NCBI GenBank assembly: GCA_013265495.1
Contig: MU057989.1
Span: 1,381,513 to 1,445,512, forward strand
Direction: 5' to 3'
Length of the DNA: 64,000 nt
DNA from: Vicugna vicugna
Lineage: Eukaryota
In this document: positions 1 to 12,869 of the stretch, piece after piece
Layout of the letters: each line of letters begins with the position of its first letter
Position numbering within the stretch: position 1 is the stretch's first letter
Translations under genes and position numbers: made by a program
Notes under the pieces: generated by a model
Database searches by the model: none
The model's input: the letters and a program-made list of their open reading frames with translations, nothing else
Told to the model about the DNA's origin: nothing

Positions 1-75
1 AACCTGAGTAGGGTCTTTGGCCATGACCTGTGTAAATGCTACCTTCTCAATAAAGTGGACTCTGACAGCCGCCTC
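1..75 (+). terminator. HMOX2: 3' end / poly(A) signal of the upstream plus-strand gene, probably HMOX2
   Basis: AATAAA at 49-54. In known mammalian synteny HMOX2 ends tail-to-tail a few hundred bp from CDIP1. No HMOX2 coding sequence is in the window. Confidence 0.55.
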
Positions 76-339
76 CTCCTTCTGGTGCGACGTCCTCCTG
101 TCATCCTTGCTGGCCCCCCAGGCAGCCCTACATGTGTCCCCAGTACTACTGGTCACTCAGCAGCCCTCCTGTCTGGGGCAGTCATCGTGGCCATCTCACG
201 AAGACCCTTGAAGTCCAGCTGGTCCTGTGGTTCTCTAATTCTTGGAGTGCTTTGGAGTTTTCCCATTTTGAAATTTTTTCCCCACAAATAAGGATAAAAA
301 AGCATATGCTTGTATTATATAACAATTCATTGTCTAAAA

Positions 340-2170
340 TAGAAATGTGGATTTAAATATTTATTTTAATAGGAATTTATTACCTGTTTTACATATTGAG
401 GATCTGTGGAAGTTTTACTCAAAAACAAGGTTAAATGGTGGGGACACTTTTCAACTGACTGAGCCCACCTGCCTTCACAAGTCAGATGAGGGGCAGAGGC
501 TGAGCCAGCCAGAACCTGGGGACCTAGGCTGCCTGACCGTGCCCGGTAGCCTTCAGACCAGAAGCCTCAGTCCCAATGGCTCTGTCTTGCTTAAGGGAGT
601 GCACGGTGGGGTGGCCCTGAGCTCTAGCTGGAGGGGTCTCCAGCTTGCAGACCCCATGGGTGGATGCATGGTGTGGAGATGGGTGACACGGTATCAATAT
701 AGTAGGTGATCTGATAGCACAGTGAAGCCAACTTCTCACAGCTGGAATCTCCGGGCTCATCCACACTGGACTCTGGTGTGGTTTAGTTAGGGACTGAAAG
801 GTCAGTGTTGTCCCTGGGTAGTTGATGTGGCATAAGCAATAAGAACCTGAGGACTCAACCCCCTGCAGTTTGACTACCTGCAGCCCCACCCTCTTTCCCT
901 CGCAAAAGAAGGAAGCCAGGCAAGAGAGCAGAGGCCCAGGGCTGGGGAGTGAAAGGGCCAATTTAATGAGAAACTACAAACTGAGACTGGCCACGATTCA
1001 CAGTAACAGGAGGCCATGCAGTGGCAGTGTGAGACCAGGAGAGGGAGGGGTGGCAGCAGGATACAGCGGTCCACGTGAGCAAGTTCACAGACAAACCATT
1101 CAGGAAATAAAGACTGTGGGCTCAGGCCCAGGGCAGGGCTGGTGTCCAGCAGGGCACTTCCGCCACTTGTGGCTGCTCCTTCCTCGTCCCCAGTCCAGTG
1201 CCGCAGCTGCTCCTGCCCCTGGAGTAGGCACAGTGACAGCCAGCCGGCCAAGGCGAAGGGCCCAGTGCTTACTGGGAAGAGGATCTGGAGAGTGTACTGC
1301 AAATTGAGTGTGCCCACGAGGCGGCCCCTCCTCTCTGCCATCTCTGGTCACAGCTGGGACACAGCAGCTCCTAGGCAGCGGTTGTGCCCACACACACCAA
1401 GGGCATGGTATATACAGACAGATGGGCTAGGCTCCTGGATATTCCTTCTGGTCCCAGGAAAGCATGGGGTTCACGGACACGTGGCTGGAAAGGGAGCTGG
1501 ATAGGGGCCAGAGGTGAGTCCCTTCCTGGAAAGCCAGGGCCCAATCCCTTACCCCATGGCCTGTAGGTGTGCAGACTTCCCTACCTTACCCCAGGTGGCT
1601 CCTGGGCACTATTAAGAGTTCCCGAGAGTTCTGAGGGCCAGGGTCATTCCTTCCGACCATCATACCTGCCTCTAGCACCCCAGAAACAAACCCAGGCCTT
1701 ATGACCCTGTCCTGCTTGGATCCATCCCCCACTCAGCCCAGCAGATCAGAAACGACTATGGCTACAGCCTAGGCCCCAGATCTGGGGAACCAGCCACTGC
1801 TCTGGCTGCTTTTGGTCCCAGGGAGACTTGGGACCGAACCCGTACATGGTGCAGAAATGGAGGAAGAGACCCCAGCAGGAAGACTGTGCAAGGAGACCCT
1901 TTCCCTGCTTATCTTTACACCAAGCAAACCAACACACAAGCTCAGTGCCATCCCCCTGCCACTCACTGACCCTTGGCTTTAAATCCAACAGAATTTTTGC
2001 CACAAGAGTCAGATGCTCAGGGAGGGGCAAGGTGAAGAGGACAAGAATTCCAGGGGACGGACTGATGGAACAGCTTCCACCTCCAAGTGGGAGTGGGGAA
2101 GCGAGCCACTGAGCGCAGGGAGCAAAGCACGGGGGCCAGACTGACAGCAGGGAGTCCAGTCCCAGCTCCG
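340..2170 (-). other. CDIP1: CDIP1 3'UTR (~1.8 kb)
   Basis: Follows the stop codon. Minus-strand AATAAA hexamers at 381-376 and 365-360 lie in an AT-rich patch. Exact cleavage site not determined. Confidence 0.75.
360..381 (-). terminator. CDIP1: CDIP1 polyadenylation signals (two AATAAA)
   Basis: Plus-strand TTTATT at 360-365 and 376-381. Confidence 0.7.
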
Positions 2171-2282
2171 TTAGCACAGGCGCTTGTACGTGTAGATGTA
2201 GGCTTTGCAGCTGGGGCATGTGTGCGTCACATCCTTGAAGTCGTTGATGAGGCAGGGGATCAAGCAGCAGCCCAGATCACAC
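2171..2282 (-). CDS. CDIP1: CDIP1 last coding exon ([36 protein letters not shown])
   Basis: Acceptor tgattcag at 2283; TAA at 2173-2171. Confidence 0.96.
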
Positions 2283-3719
2283 CTGAATCAGAGATGGGGA
2301 GAAATGGGCAGGCCTGAAGAGAAGGCGCCAAGGGCCCGGGGCAACTCCAGGGTGGTGGTGGGCAGCCATGGCCCCCTTCCCACAACCGCCTGTACCACCT
2401 ACCCCATGAAGCAGCAGAAGAAGCCCAGCACGAAGTTCATCAGGCCGATCTCATAGGAGATCTTGGTGGTGATGGCCTGCTGGCAGTGAGGACACACCGT
2501 CTGCACCGGCGCACCCTCAAAGATCTCTCCCTGCAGCACTGTCACTGTGGTGGCAGCCCCTGAAGGGACCAGGACCGTGGCTGTGTGGCCCCCAGGGCCA
2601 GGGTAGGGCCCTGGTGGGTAGGGCCCCGGCGGGTAGTAGCCCATGGGTGGGTGGGGGCCTGGAGGAGGGTAGAAACCTGGAATGGCACAGAAGACGGAGC
2701 AAAGACAGGTCACTAGCTTGCCAGTTGCCCCATGTGAGGGGTGAGCACAAAGCCCTAAGGCCCCAGGACACAGGGTGAGGCCCTGGACCAGGCCCTGGGC
2801 CAAGGTGACCATCCACATTCTCCCAGCCTTGCTCCCTGCCCCATGGGGACCAAGACAGGGAAGCTACTTGGCCCAGCCAGACATGACAGAGAGCTGGGAA
2901 CAAGGCCCCATCTGTCCTCTCCTCCGCCTAAGCTTGATGCATTGGCTCCCTTGCTTCTGACACTTAGGGGACTGGGCTGTGTGTGAGGACTCTGGCCACA
3001 GGAAGGAAAGCCTTTCCACTCACCAGCCCTTCTCCTCCCCATCAGCATCAAGTCCTGCATGGAGTGCCAGGGACCAGCCTACCTGACCAGGGCCCTTCTC
3101 TGGCCTGTGCAGTCTCTCAGAAGAGCTGCTGCGGGAGCAGGCCAGGCCTCTACTATGGACTCAGGTCCCTGGCAGGGAGAGGCCTCACGGCACAGGCAGG
3201 GCCCAGGGCACTTCTGGCCACAGCACCTGCACAGTGTTACCCTGTTCTAGGGCACCTTCCCATGTCCCCTGCCCTTACCTTAATTACCCACAAAGACTAC
3301 TCACCCACAGCAAAGGCTGGACAGTAGCCCAGGTGATGCACTGGGTGCTGGGCTGGGCTGGGCCCTTTCCAACTTACCTGGAGGCATGTAACTGCCGTCT
3401 GCATTCACATGTGGGGGGATGAAGCCAGGCTGGGGTATTGGGTGACCTGGTGGCTCATAGGGTGGAGGGCCAATGTCTGCAGGGGGCAGCGACATGCCTG
3501 GTGGGGGCTGCATCACAGCTGGGGAGGTGTGGCCTGGAGAGAGAGCAGAGAGAGGAAGCTCAGAGGGCTCCAGCGAGGGCTGCTCCAGCAGCGGGGGAGG
3601 GCAAGGGACAGCAGTCAAGAGTGCTGAACCCTACCTGGGGTGGGCGGAGCTCCACTTTTCTCCTCCAGAAGGGGGGCTGTGGGGCCTCCAGGGTAAGGAG
3701 GGGGTGGCTCATTTGACAT
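2171..3719 (-). CDS. CDIP1: Cell death-inducing p53-target protein 1 (LITAF family), full spliced CDS join(3719..3635,3533..3378,2676..2403,2282..2171), 627 nt, 208 aa
   Basis: Manual splicing at GT-AG sites gives [41 protein letters not shown]...[68 protein letters not shown]. Exon lengths 85+156+274+112 = 627. Contains PPxY and PTAP motifs and the LITAF CxxC...HxCxxC domain. Confidence 0.97.
2403..2676 (-). CDS. CDIP1: CDIP1 coding exon C (GFYPPPG...FFCCFMG)
   Basis: Acceptor attccag at 2677; donor GG|GTAGGT at 2403/2402; 274 nt; matches ORF 2399..2818. Confidence 0.96.
3378..3533 (-). CDS. CDIP1: CDIP1 coding exon B (GHTSPAVMQ...DGSYMPP)
   Basis: Acceptor ctctctccag at 3534; donor CAG|GTAAGT at 3378/3377; 156 nt. 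Confidence 0.96.
3635..3719 (-). CDS. CDIP1: CDIP1 coding exon A (start codon; [28 protein letters not shown])
   Basis: ATG at 3719-3717; donor CAG|GTAGG at 3635/3634; acceptor AG at 3735-3734, so the exon starts at 3733. Confidence 0.96.
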
Positions 3720-4223
3720 TTTTGCTGCTTCTCCTGGACCTGGAGGAAAAACTCAGATAGGGAACCATGCTCCAACCCCCCAACTTGCCACTCAGGTACC
3801 AGTCTGTGAGGAGGGGCTGCAGCACAAGGTGTGTGGTTGGTCTCAGAGCTGCCCCTGTGAGCCCTGCCCCATAGATGTGCTCTGCCCTCAGGGCTCAGGT
3901 CACCTTTTACTCCCCTCCACATAAATTTCCACATTTGAGATGGGCTCCCTCTAGGCCCTGGAGATGCCCCACCATTGCCCAGGTAACCCAGCCCAAAGCC
4001 ACCATCCTCCAACCTCCAGAAGCTACTAACCCCAGTGGTCATCCACACTTTGTGTGAAAGCCAGAGGGTGACAGAACCCAGTAGCTCAGGAACCTAATCT
4101 AGGGTTCCCCACAGGGCAGCTTGGCCACTGGTCCTCTCCTCCCCTCAAACTTAGGGAGCAGCAGGCTGGCTTCCGCACCAGGGCACTGTGGCCTGCTTGT
4201 GGGAGGGATCTGGGAGACTTTAC

Positions 4224-4297
4224 CTCAAATCCCAGGTACCCAGAGAAGATTGACAGGCAAGGATTTTCCACTGCTGTCCTGGGAGGACAGGAGGGCT
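4224..4297 (-). other. CDIP1: Probable CDIP1 non-coding 5'UTR exon
   Basis: Donor GAG|GTAAAG at 4224/4223. Candidate acceptors would start the exon at 4278 (cctgtcctcccag) or 4297 (gtttccag), so the upstream boundary is uncertain. Confidence 0.5.
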
Positions 4298-5059
4298 CTG
4301 GAAACCGTGTCGGGGGAGCACAGGAGGCAGCGCCCTCGGAACCAGGGGAGGGCCCACTCACCAGGGCAGGGCTGCACCTGGGCACTTGGCCCCCAGGCAG
4401 CCACACTCCCGGCACCACCCGTCCATCTGCCCAGCACCGCGCCATCCTGTGTCCCTACCCACTCCTCACCTCCCCCCTTCTCAGCTTCTCCCCAGAGCAG
4501 CACCCACACCTTGACATGCCCTGCAGGAAGGAATGAGAACCTGGGGCTTCTCCCTACAGCAGCAGTTCTTTGCTTTCGTGGGGAGTGGATGGGGTGAGGA
4601 GGAAGGAGCCAGTGTCGGTCAAGTGGAACACTTCCTCATTTCCTTCCCATGGCCCACAAAGCAAGTGCTGCTGGGTGCCGGGTGAGAAGCAGGGAAGCCA
4701 GCCACCTTCCCGCCCCTGGGTCTGCATTCTGTCTCCTTTAGGTAGGCACTTCCTTCAGCTGGATTCAGCAGCATAAAAGGATAAGAATTAGTAGTATTTT
4801 GAAGTGAAACTCAGTTTTGTTTTTTTTTAACTGAAATAATATTAACTAGAAAGAAAAGCTAGACAATACAAAAGGATATACAGCAAAAAACAACTTTCCT
4901 AGCATAGGTCCCTCCTGGAGCCCACCAGTGTTAAGTTCAGAACCATATGGGGATGAAGGGGCCCTAATAACCCTGCTGGGAAGAGGGAGCTTGTAGTCAG
5001 TAGGTTTAAATATTAAATGTAACGAATCAGTGGCAAGGCCAAAGGGACTGAGTCCAAGC

Positions 5060-6030
5060 AACAAAAGAGAAAAACGGTAAAATCAAGTTCATCAAAATTA
5101 AAAACTTGTGCTTCTGAGGACACCACCAAGAAAGTGGGAAGACAACCCACAGAATGGAGGAAAATTTTTACAAATCATGTGTCTACTAAAGGACCTGTAC
5201 CATTTAGAATATATAAAGAACTCTTAGAACTCTAACAAAAAAGATAACCCAATTTTTAAAAATGGGCAAAAGGATCTGAACAGACATTTCTCTAAAGATA
5301 AATAAATGCCCAATATGCACATGAAAAGTGTGCATATCAAAATGCAAATCAAAACCACAACAAGGTACCATTTCCTACTCACTAAGATGGCTGAAATGAA
5401 AAGGTCAATAATATGTAATGTAGAGAAATCGGAACCCTCACACACAGCTGAGGGGTATGTGAAATGGTATAGCTGCTCTGGAGATCAGTCTCAGTTCCTC
5501 AAGAGGTTAAAACAGACTTACTACATGACCTGGCAATTCCACTCGTAAGTGTATACCCAAAAGAACTGAAAATTCATGTCCACACAAAAACTTGTACAAG
5601 AATGTTCATGGCAGCATTACTCATAGTAGCCAAAAAGTGTAAACCACTCAAGTGTCCATCAACTGTGGTTATATCCATACAGTGGAATATTATTCAGCCA
5701 CAAAAGGGATGAAGTACTGACACAAACCTGGATGAATCTTCAAAACATTATGCTCAGTGAAAGAAGCCAGAAAGAAGCCAGACACAAAGGACCACATGTT
5801 GTATGATTCTTTATGCGAAATGTCCAGGACAGGAAATCCATAGAGACAGAAAGCAGATTAGTAGTTTTCAGGGGTCTTGGTGGGAGTGGGCACAGAATGG
5901 TGAGCATGGAGTTCCTTTTGGGATGATGGAAATGCAAAACTATGATGATGGTTGCACAATTCTGTGAATATACTAAAAACCACTGAAATGCATGCTTTAA
6001 ATGGGGAAATCATATGTTATGTGGATTATT
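5060..6030 (+). mobile_element. Old L1 (L1M-type) 3' fragment
   Basis: Typical L1 3' text (aaatgggcaaaaggatctgaacagacatttc; atgcaaatcaaaaccacaa; gtgaatatactaaaaaccactgaa). Confidence 0.85.
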
Positions 6031-8900
6031 ATAGGTCAACAAAACTTACTACTCATATAATTTACTACAACAAAACTGTCCAATCTCATTACCCCGATGC
6101 AGCCGGTCTCTACATGTCCCTGCCTGTCTATATACAGAGACACCTATATTTTTATATAGCTGCTGTTGGGACAGTTTAAAATCCTTTTAGCATTGTGTCT
6201 CACATATTTCTTCCACCTTGCAAGACCCCATGACCACTGATTTTAATGTTCCCAAAAATGGGCCCGTCAATGTTTACTTGACCAACCCCTATGAAAGCAT
6301 TCAGAATGCTCCTTGTCACTTTGATGAAAAACTGGAACACCTCTTGCTAATGCTCTTTCCCTTTCCTGGATTATTTCCTTGGGCTAAACTTGCCAGAAGT
6401 GAGATTATTAGGTCAAAGGATATGGACATTTTATGCATTTTGTGAAGGAGGGACAATGTGTGATGCTGATTTACAGCACAAACTTTGAACACTACTGTCA
6501 CCACTGATTTGCAGTGTTAAGATGACACTTGCTTATGTTTATTTCTTTGGTCACTATGAGAACATCTTCCCAAGTGCTTATAAATTATATGTCAGCTCTT
6601 ATGAATTGTTACGTATAATTATCCTTTGAAGACATAGAGGCCAAGAAAAGACGGGACTTGTCTGCGGTCCCATGGCTGACTAGAGACAGAGCTGAGCCTA
6701 GGTGTGACTTGTCCATGCTTCTCCTGCAGGTGACTTCCCACAGCACAGGGTCAGGAACAGGGAACTGCAGTTTCCAGAGCATGTCACAGACCTCTGTCCA
6801 GGAGGCACGAGCTGTGCCTGCTGGGCCTGGGGGCCCTCGCCCTGCCACCGGCAGCCAGCATGGCCAGCCTAGTAGGAGGAAAAGGCAGCTTTCCGCGAGG
6901 GGCTTGACTCATGTCTGTGGAAGACTCTGTAATGTGCTGCGTCTGTTAGAACACAGGCTGGCACCTGCCACAAACTCCCACCCTACACCCGCTGGGATGC
7001 CTCCGGCTTGGCTCAGCGGTGACTTGGCCTGCCCTGGGATGCTCTGAGCAGGCTGAGAAAAGCTGCATTGCCATTGGTGAGATGCTTGAGTACCTTTGAG
7101 TTCTAAGAGGAAGGAGCTAGCGTGGGTACTCCCGGCCCCTCCATGTCTCTGGAGTACACAGGCACACCCACCTCTAAGGATGCAGGCATCGCATCAAAAT
7201 CGCTGAGTCTATTTCTGTAGTCTCTAGAATGCCAAGAGTTCAGCTTCTGGAATTCCACCATCATAATGATGGTACGAGCCCTGCACACAGGGCAGAGGCC
7301 TCCCCCCTGGTGTCCACCCAACCCTGAAGTGTCCTCTGATGCCTGGAGCGCGCACAAAGAAGCTGCTGACCACACCACAGCCTGCTCCACCTGCCTCCTC
7401 CCTTCCCCTCCCCATCCACGCCCATCCTCCAGCCGCCTTCCTGAACTGTAGCAGAGACTTAGGGGCAGCCCCTCCAAAAGAAGAGACAGGTTTCTGAAAA
7501 ATGGGTCATGAAGATTTCAGGAATTCAAACCCCAGTTCCCCCCATGCCTCCCAATACAAAACAAAATGTGGGGTCCCACAAAACTGCATCGTCTAAGGCA
7601 TAATAAAAAAAAACTCAAGAATGCAGTATTTTTTAAAAGTCACATGTTCAAAGGCAAAATAGTTTTCTATAAAAAGGGGCACTGCTCAAACTAAGCTACA
7701 AGTGCAAACGTGGAATCAGATCACAGCCCCAGGCACTGAAGCATCCGTTACAAGAGGCTAAAGGGGTAGCAAGACCCATGGGTTTGCAGCTCCCAACAGA
7801 GAAGAGGGAGGCCTAGGGTCCTGGGAGCTCAATGAAGCCAATGTGCAGCCCCTGAAACCCGAGACGGGGCTCTCAGCCTCTGGCTCAGATCTTGTAGCTA
7901 CAGGCTGTGAAGAAACAGTCGTCTGATAGCCTCCATGAGTCCATCATAAACTGAACTGAGCTCCCAGGGGGCCCAGAGGACTTTACACAGCACACCACTT
8001 TGTGCCCTCTGGATTTTGTGGATGCGAAGGTACTACCCACTCATAAAACACAAATTCTCTCAGAATAGGGCTAGAGATCCAGCTGACCACTCAGCAGCTG
8101 GCCAGCCACCAAGGCGCTGAGCCCAGCAGCACCGGGTGTGAGGGAGTGAGAATAGAGCCGTGGCACCCAGGACATTGGAGCTGACTCCACTCCGCCACCG
8201 GCTTCACGCACCCCCTGCTCTGCCAGACTCGAGCATCCACAAGCACGGGGTGGGGGGGTTGTTCTCACTGAGCACATGAAATGAGAAGGAAAATTCATAA
8301 ATGCAGCCTTGAAGTCCTCGTGTAACAGCACTAGCACACCTATCAGGGGCTCAGTGAGGTGTTGCAATAGCCACACCCAATGCAGGCCATGAGGGGGGTG
8401 GCGTATTCTAGGAACATGCTTCTCTTCCAAGGCTTCCCAGATTGCAGATGTCATTGCAGAAGGCACTACAGAGTCAGGACCTAGAGAAGTAGCCATTCTA
8501 CGCCATCGTGAGAATCAAGAAACATCCCCTGGGTGGTTACTGTGGCTGCTGCCCTGGGCTGTGCCCGGACCAAGCATGAGCTCAGTCCTCAGCCAGCGCC
8601 CGGGCAGCCCATCAGCGCCTCCATTTTAGAGACATAAGTACTGCTCAGTCACACGCCCAGAGTCACCTGGCCTCACAGTCAGTTTCAGGTGTCTTCATGG
8701 ATTTCCTCTGAGCCTTAAATTCCTGCTTACCTGTTTTCAGGCAGTTTTGGGGATGCTGGGGAATTTTCACATAGCCCTGGATAAAAGCTCCAGCCTCGAA
8801 GACTCCTACTTTAGAAGCCACTGGCCCTTAGAAGCTGAAGTCTGGGCTGGTACTAAGTAGGATCTGAAAATGTGTGCAGGGAAGAGGGTGGGTTCCTGGG

Positions 8901-8919
8901 CAGCGCCCCCTCATGGGGC
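8901..8919 (-). promoter_or_regulatory. Candidate CTCF site in CDIP1 intron 1
   Basis: Reverse complement GCCCCATGAGGGGGCGCTG closely matches the CTCF core CCASNAGRKGGCRS. Confidence 0.5.
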
Positions 8920-11225
8920 CTCGAGGATGGAACTGACAAAGGAAATCAGTGTCCCCTCCACTGCAATTTCAGGCTGAGGCCCCGCCGGAGTGGAATGTCC
9001 TGACTTTCGCCAGGACAGGGAAGCAGCATGGGGTGCATGGCTTATGAGTTGAGAAGGGGCCATGGGGACACTGATATGTGCTGTGAGCCCACAGCTTCCC
9101 CATGCTGTCCACTGATTCGTAGCACAGGCCTGTTTCCTTGAGGGGATCAGCAAGAAAACCCCTTGAATGGAAAGGGCCACGGCTGCCACAGGGGACAGTA
9201 AGACCCATGGGAGCGAGGGACAGACCAAGGGTCAAGGGGTTGTCCAGCAGAGGGAGGCCCTGCACCGGCTTCTTGTTCCACCAGGGGACAGAACGGGGCC
9301 ACCTGAGGCCCAGTCTGGCCCCTGCACCCATGACCAAAACAGCCTAGCGCCCACTGTGCCCTTATGTAGGAGAAAATTATTTGAGTCACCCTAAAATGAG
9401 ATGAAGCCCGCCTCCACATCTGGTATCTGTCTTTGGACCCACTGCCTGCTGCAATCTCATTTCATCTTCCCCAGGGCAGCAGACACTGGGGGCTTCTGGG
9501 GCAGGACACTGGGCCAGGCACTTTCTGCAAAAAGGAAACCCCACAGTTTCCCTCCTGCCATTTGGGCTGGGTCAGTACCCACTGAGGAGCCTGGACCCGC
9601 TCGGCGCTCAGTGTGGGTCCATCCCCAGCGTGGAAACTTCTGCTCCTTGATGCCAGAAGCTCTGCCCTCAGCCGTACTGCAGAGGCTAATCAAGCCTCAC
9701 CAACACAGAGCAGCTCTTGCTTCTCCTCCGGATGAGCTGGGAGTGGCCAGGTGAGAGCTTTCCCAGGTGTGAGGATGAAAACGATGTTCTGAGACACCTG
9801 CTCTTGGGTTCTAGGGTACGGGTCATGAAACCAAGCAAAACTGCCTCACTGCCCCTCTGCCACTCCAAAGCCACCAATCCAGGCATGTCTGTATCCAACC
9901 CAATACTCTACAAACAGCCACCGAGGAAGGTGATGGCTCCAAGGAAAGGACACACAGCTTTCCAATGTAGGGTCAGGACAGCAAGAACTGAGACCCCGCC
10001 ACCCTCTCCCACTCACAGTGGGAGATTTGCCCCATGTTGGTTGCCAATGGATGAGTAAACAGGGTGAGCATGGAAGAGTGTGACGCTCTGGAGTCAGCCC
10101 TGGCCTTGAATCCTGTGGCTGCGGGCAAGTCACAGACCCTCCCTGAGCCTCGATCTTCAGGGACCTGGGACTGGAACCCCCGCTTCCTGGCCAGGCTGCA
10201 GGCAGAGCAGTGATGACAACCTGTACCTGGCAGACTCATTTTGCAGCAGTGGGGACATCTGCTGGGGTGATGAAAATACTCTTGAATTAGACGGGATGAC
10301 TGCACAACCCTGTGAGCCACTGAACTGCGCACGTTAGAACGGTGGATTGTACGGCATGTGAATTCTCTGTCAAAAAAACGAAGCCCACCCAGGTCGAGAT
10401 ATTTTGGTGTGTGCAGAGTGTAAATGAAAGGGATGGGGAAGAAACACCCCAGACCAAGATCGTCCCTCTGGGACTGAAGCTTAGCAGCCATGGTCCAGAG
10501 AGGAAAGGATTTCCTTCATTACACTTTTTTTTTTAAACAACATGAAGGTGTTTGTGTATTATCTGCATAACTAAAAATACAAATTTGAGAATACAATTTT
10601 AGGACAGGTCAGTGACAGCTGTGACTTCTGGTGGCAGAGGGAGGAGGGAGGGGGGGGTCTCTGCCTCCTGGTGCGCCAATTTCACCCGCTCTCCTCTGTG
10701 TCTGCCCAAGTCCCAGAGAGGAGTTAAAAGCACAAGGCCTCAGGCCCAGGGAAACGCCTCTGGCATTCTGCTCTGCTCCCAGCTATTCATCGTTCCCTGC
10801 AGAGACCGCTGCTATTGATCCAGGGCCAGAGCTGGGCCAACTGGCAGCAGCCTAAGGCGGCCCGGGTGGTTCCCCGTGGGAGCTGGGAGGACCTGGGCCC
10901 AGGCCAGCAGCAGGCACTCCTCACTGGCTACAGCCGCTGCTGCAAACTCAATCCTGCAGCCTAAGCTGTTCCGCACGCTGCTGTAGGAGGCCAGCCCTGC
11001 CCCCATCTCTTCCGCCCCACACGCAATCTGTTGAGGAAACATACCACACTCTCTCCTGGAGGAAGACTGAGGGCAGGGAGTGGTCTGGAGCTAAGACCCA
11101 TCAGCAGCATGAGCGAGGGTTCCTGGAGGACGAAGGACAGTTGTGGGGACAAGACAGAGGTGAAAGGAGAGGACGGCACCCAGCAGGAAGGCTTTGTGAC
11201 ATCAGTCCCCCGGGGTCTACTAGAG

Positions 11226-12682
11226 CAGGGGTTCTCGAACTTTTTGCTCTCAGGACCCCTTTACAAAGCTCAATCACTGAGGACTCCATAAAGATTCTGT
11301 TTTCGTAATCTATCAATACTTACACCTGATTACAAATCCAAAATGAGGAATTTTTTAAAGTATTAATTTATTAAAAACAAACCCATTACATGTTAACATA
11401 AATAAAATTTTAAAGTAACTACTTTCCAAAAAAAATTTCATGAGATGCCTGGCACTGCTTTACATTTTTGTAAACCCTTCTAATGTCTGGCCTAAGAGAA
11501 GACAGCTGGAGTCTCGTATCTGCGTCTCCCTCGTCTGCTGTGATGCTTTGGCTGAAGTACAAGACACCCCCCACAGGTAAGCAGTAGGAAAAGGGAGAGG
11601 CGTCTGAAGTCTTCTCGGCTGGTTGTGGATATTCTTCAACACAACACCCAGAGTTGACAAGTGGTGGCAGCTTCTTAAAGGTTAGTTGCAACATGGAATC
11701 TGAGTCCTTAACAATGAATTTTTCCTTTTCATTAAAAATCACTGGGCTCACTTGTATTTGGAGTGGATCTTTTATACACGCGCAGTTTTGTAACTGCACA
11801 CATGGGTCATTCAGAAAATCCTGGTCCGCGTTTAGGAGCTCTGATTATGTAAAATTTAGGAGCTCTGATTATGTAAATCAGGCCAAGTTAACCTATCTCA
11901 AAGCACACATGGGTCATTCAGAAAATCCTGGTCCGTGTTTAGGAGCTCTGATTATGTAAATCAGGCCAAGTTAACCTATCTCATTATATGATGTGCCCCC
12001 TACATTGTTAGTATCATGACAGGTCCCATCAGAAAAGTCTAACTATTGGGAAGGTGTCAAGCTCACGGTAGCAGATACAAATTTTCCAAAATTCTAACAT
12101 TTTCATCTGAAACCTCAAATTTTATCATTGGCAACAAACAGAGTAACAATTTTATCACTGGCAACATATATAAAAAGTCGGCTGTCTTCCTTGAATTAGT
12201 AGGCTCGCTTTGTTCATTTTCAAGAAAATGTCTGCTAAATCCCCAAGTCTGAATAACCACAGTTTGTGTGTCATTATTTTAAGTAAACATGGGAAAGCTA
12301 GTTCAGCTCACAACCCAAACAACTGCACATGTGCTTTCTCTGGAGGCACCCATTATACCTCATGTGCGTCCTCTCATTTCATCACACAAAACATTAAAAA
12401 GATGTGTACTCAAGGGTCCAGATAATAAAGTTAATAATTTTTACTGCGTTTTCTTAAATGAAACCGGCATGAACACAACCATAAGAATGGCTAGCACAGT
12501 TGGGTGCTAGCCTTGGCACCGAGTCCCAGTGTTGCTGCATCACCAATGCAAATGCCAACCCAACGGAAACAGGCAATATAACTAATAATGTCTTAGAGAT
12601 GTTATAAACATGCTTCTGACCTTCAGCCCCTGGAAAGTTTCAGGAAGCCTCCAGGACAATCATCACCTTTCCAGAGCTGCTG
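11226..12682 (-). mobile_element. hAT-Charlie DNA transposon (Charlie1a-like), near full length
   Basis: Starts CAGGGGTTCTC and ends ...AGAGCTGCTG; degenerate 8-bp TSD tactagag/ggctacag; decayed transposase C-terminus on the minus strand (LQLTFKKLP...EEYPQ...PFPTAYL). Confidence 0.8.
11796..11983. repeat. Nested tandem duplication (81-bp unit x2, with a 24-bp internal duplication)
   Basis: Directly visible: 11796-11900 versus 11903-11983. Confidence 0.95.
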
Positions 12683-12869
12683 GGCTACAGTAACCCCCAA
12701 GCTGGTAAGAGCAGGGTCAGGGCCCTGCAGCCAGAGGGACCGAGAGTCCCGAGACAGAGTGGGCTGTTTCTGTGAGTCTGAGCTGGCTGTTGTCACCCGA
12801 TGCCCATCACCCCCTTCCTCCGAGGCCATGCTTGCTGCAATGGGCAAGGCTTTTAAAGGAAGCCTCAGA

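Noticed and set aside
11419..11799. Transposase-like ORF (possible domesticated hAT gene)
   Set aside because: Short, frameshifted remnant of a non-autonomous Charlie element
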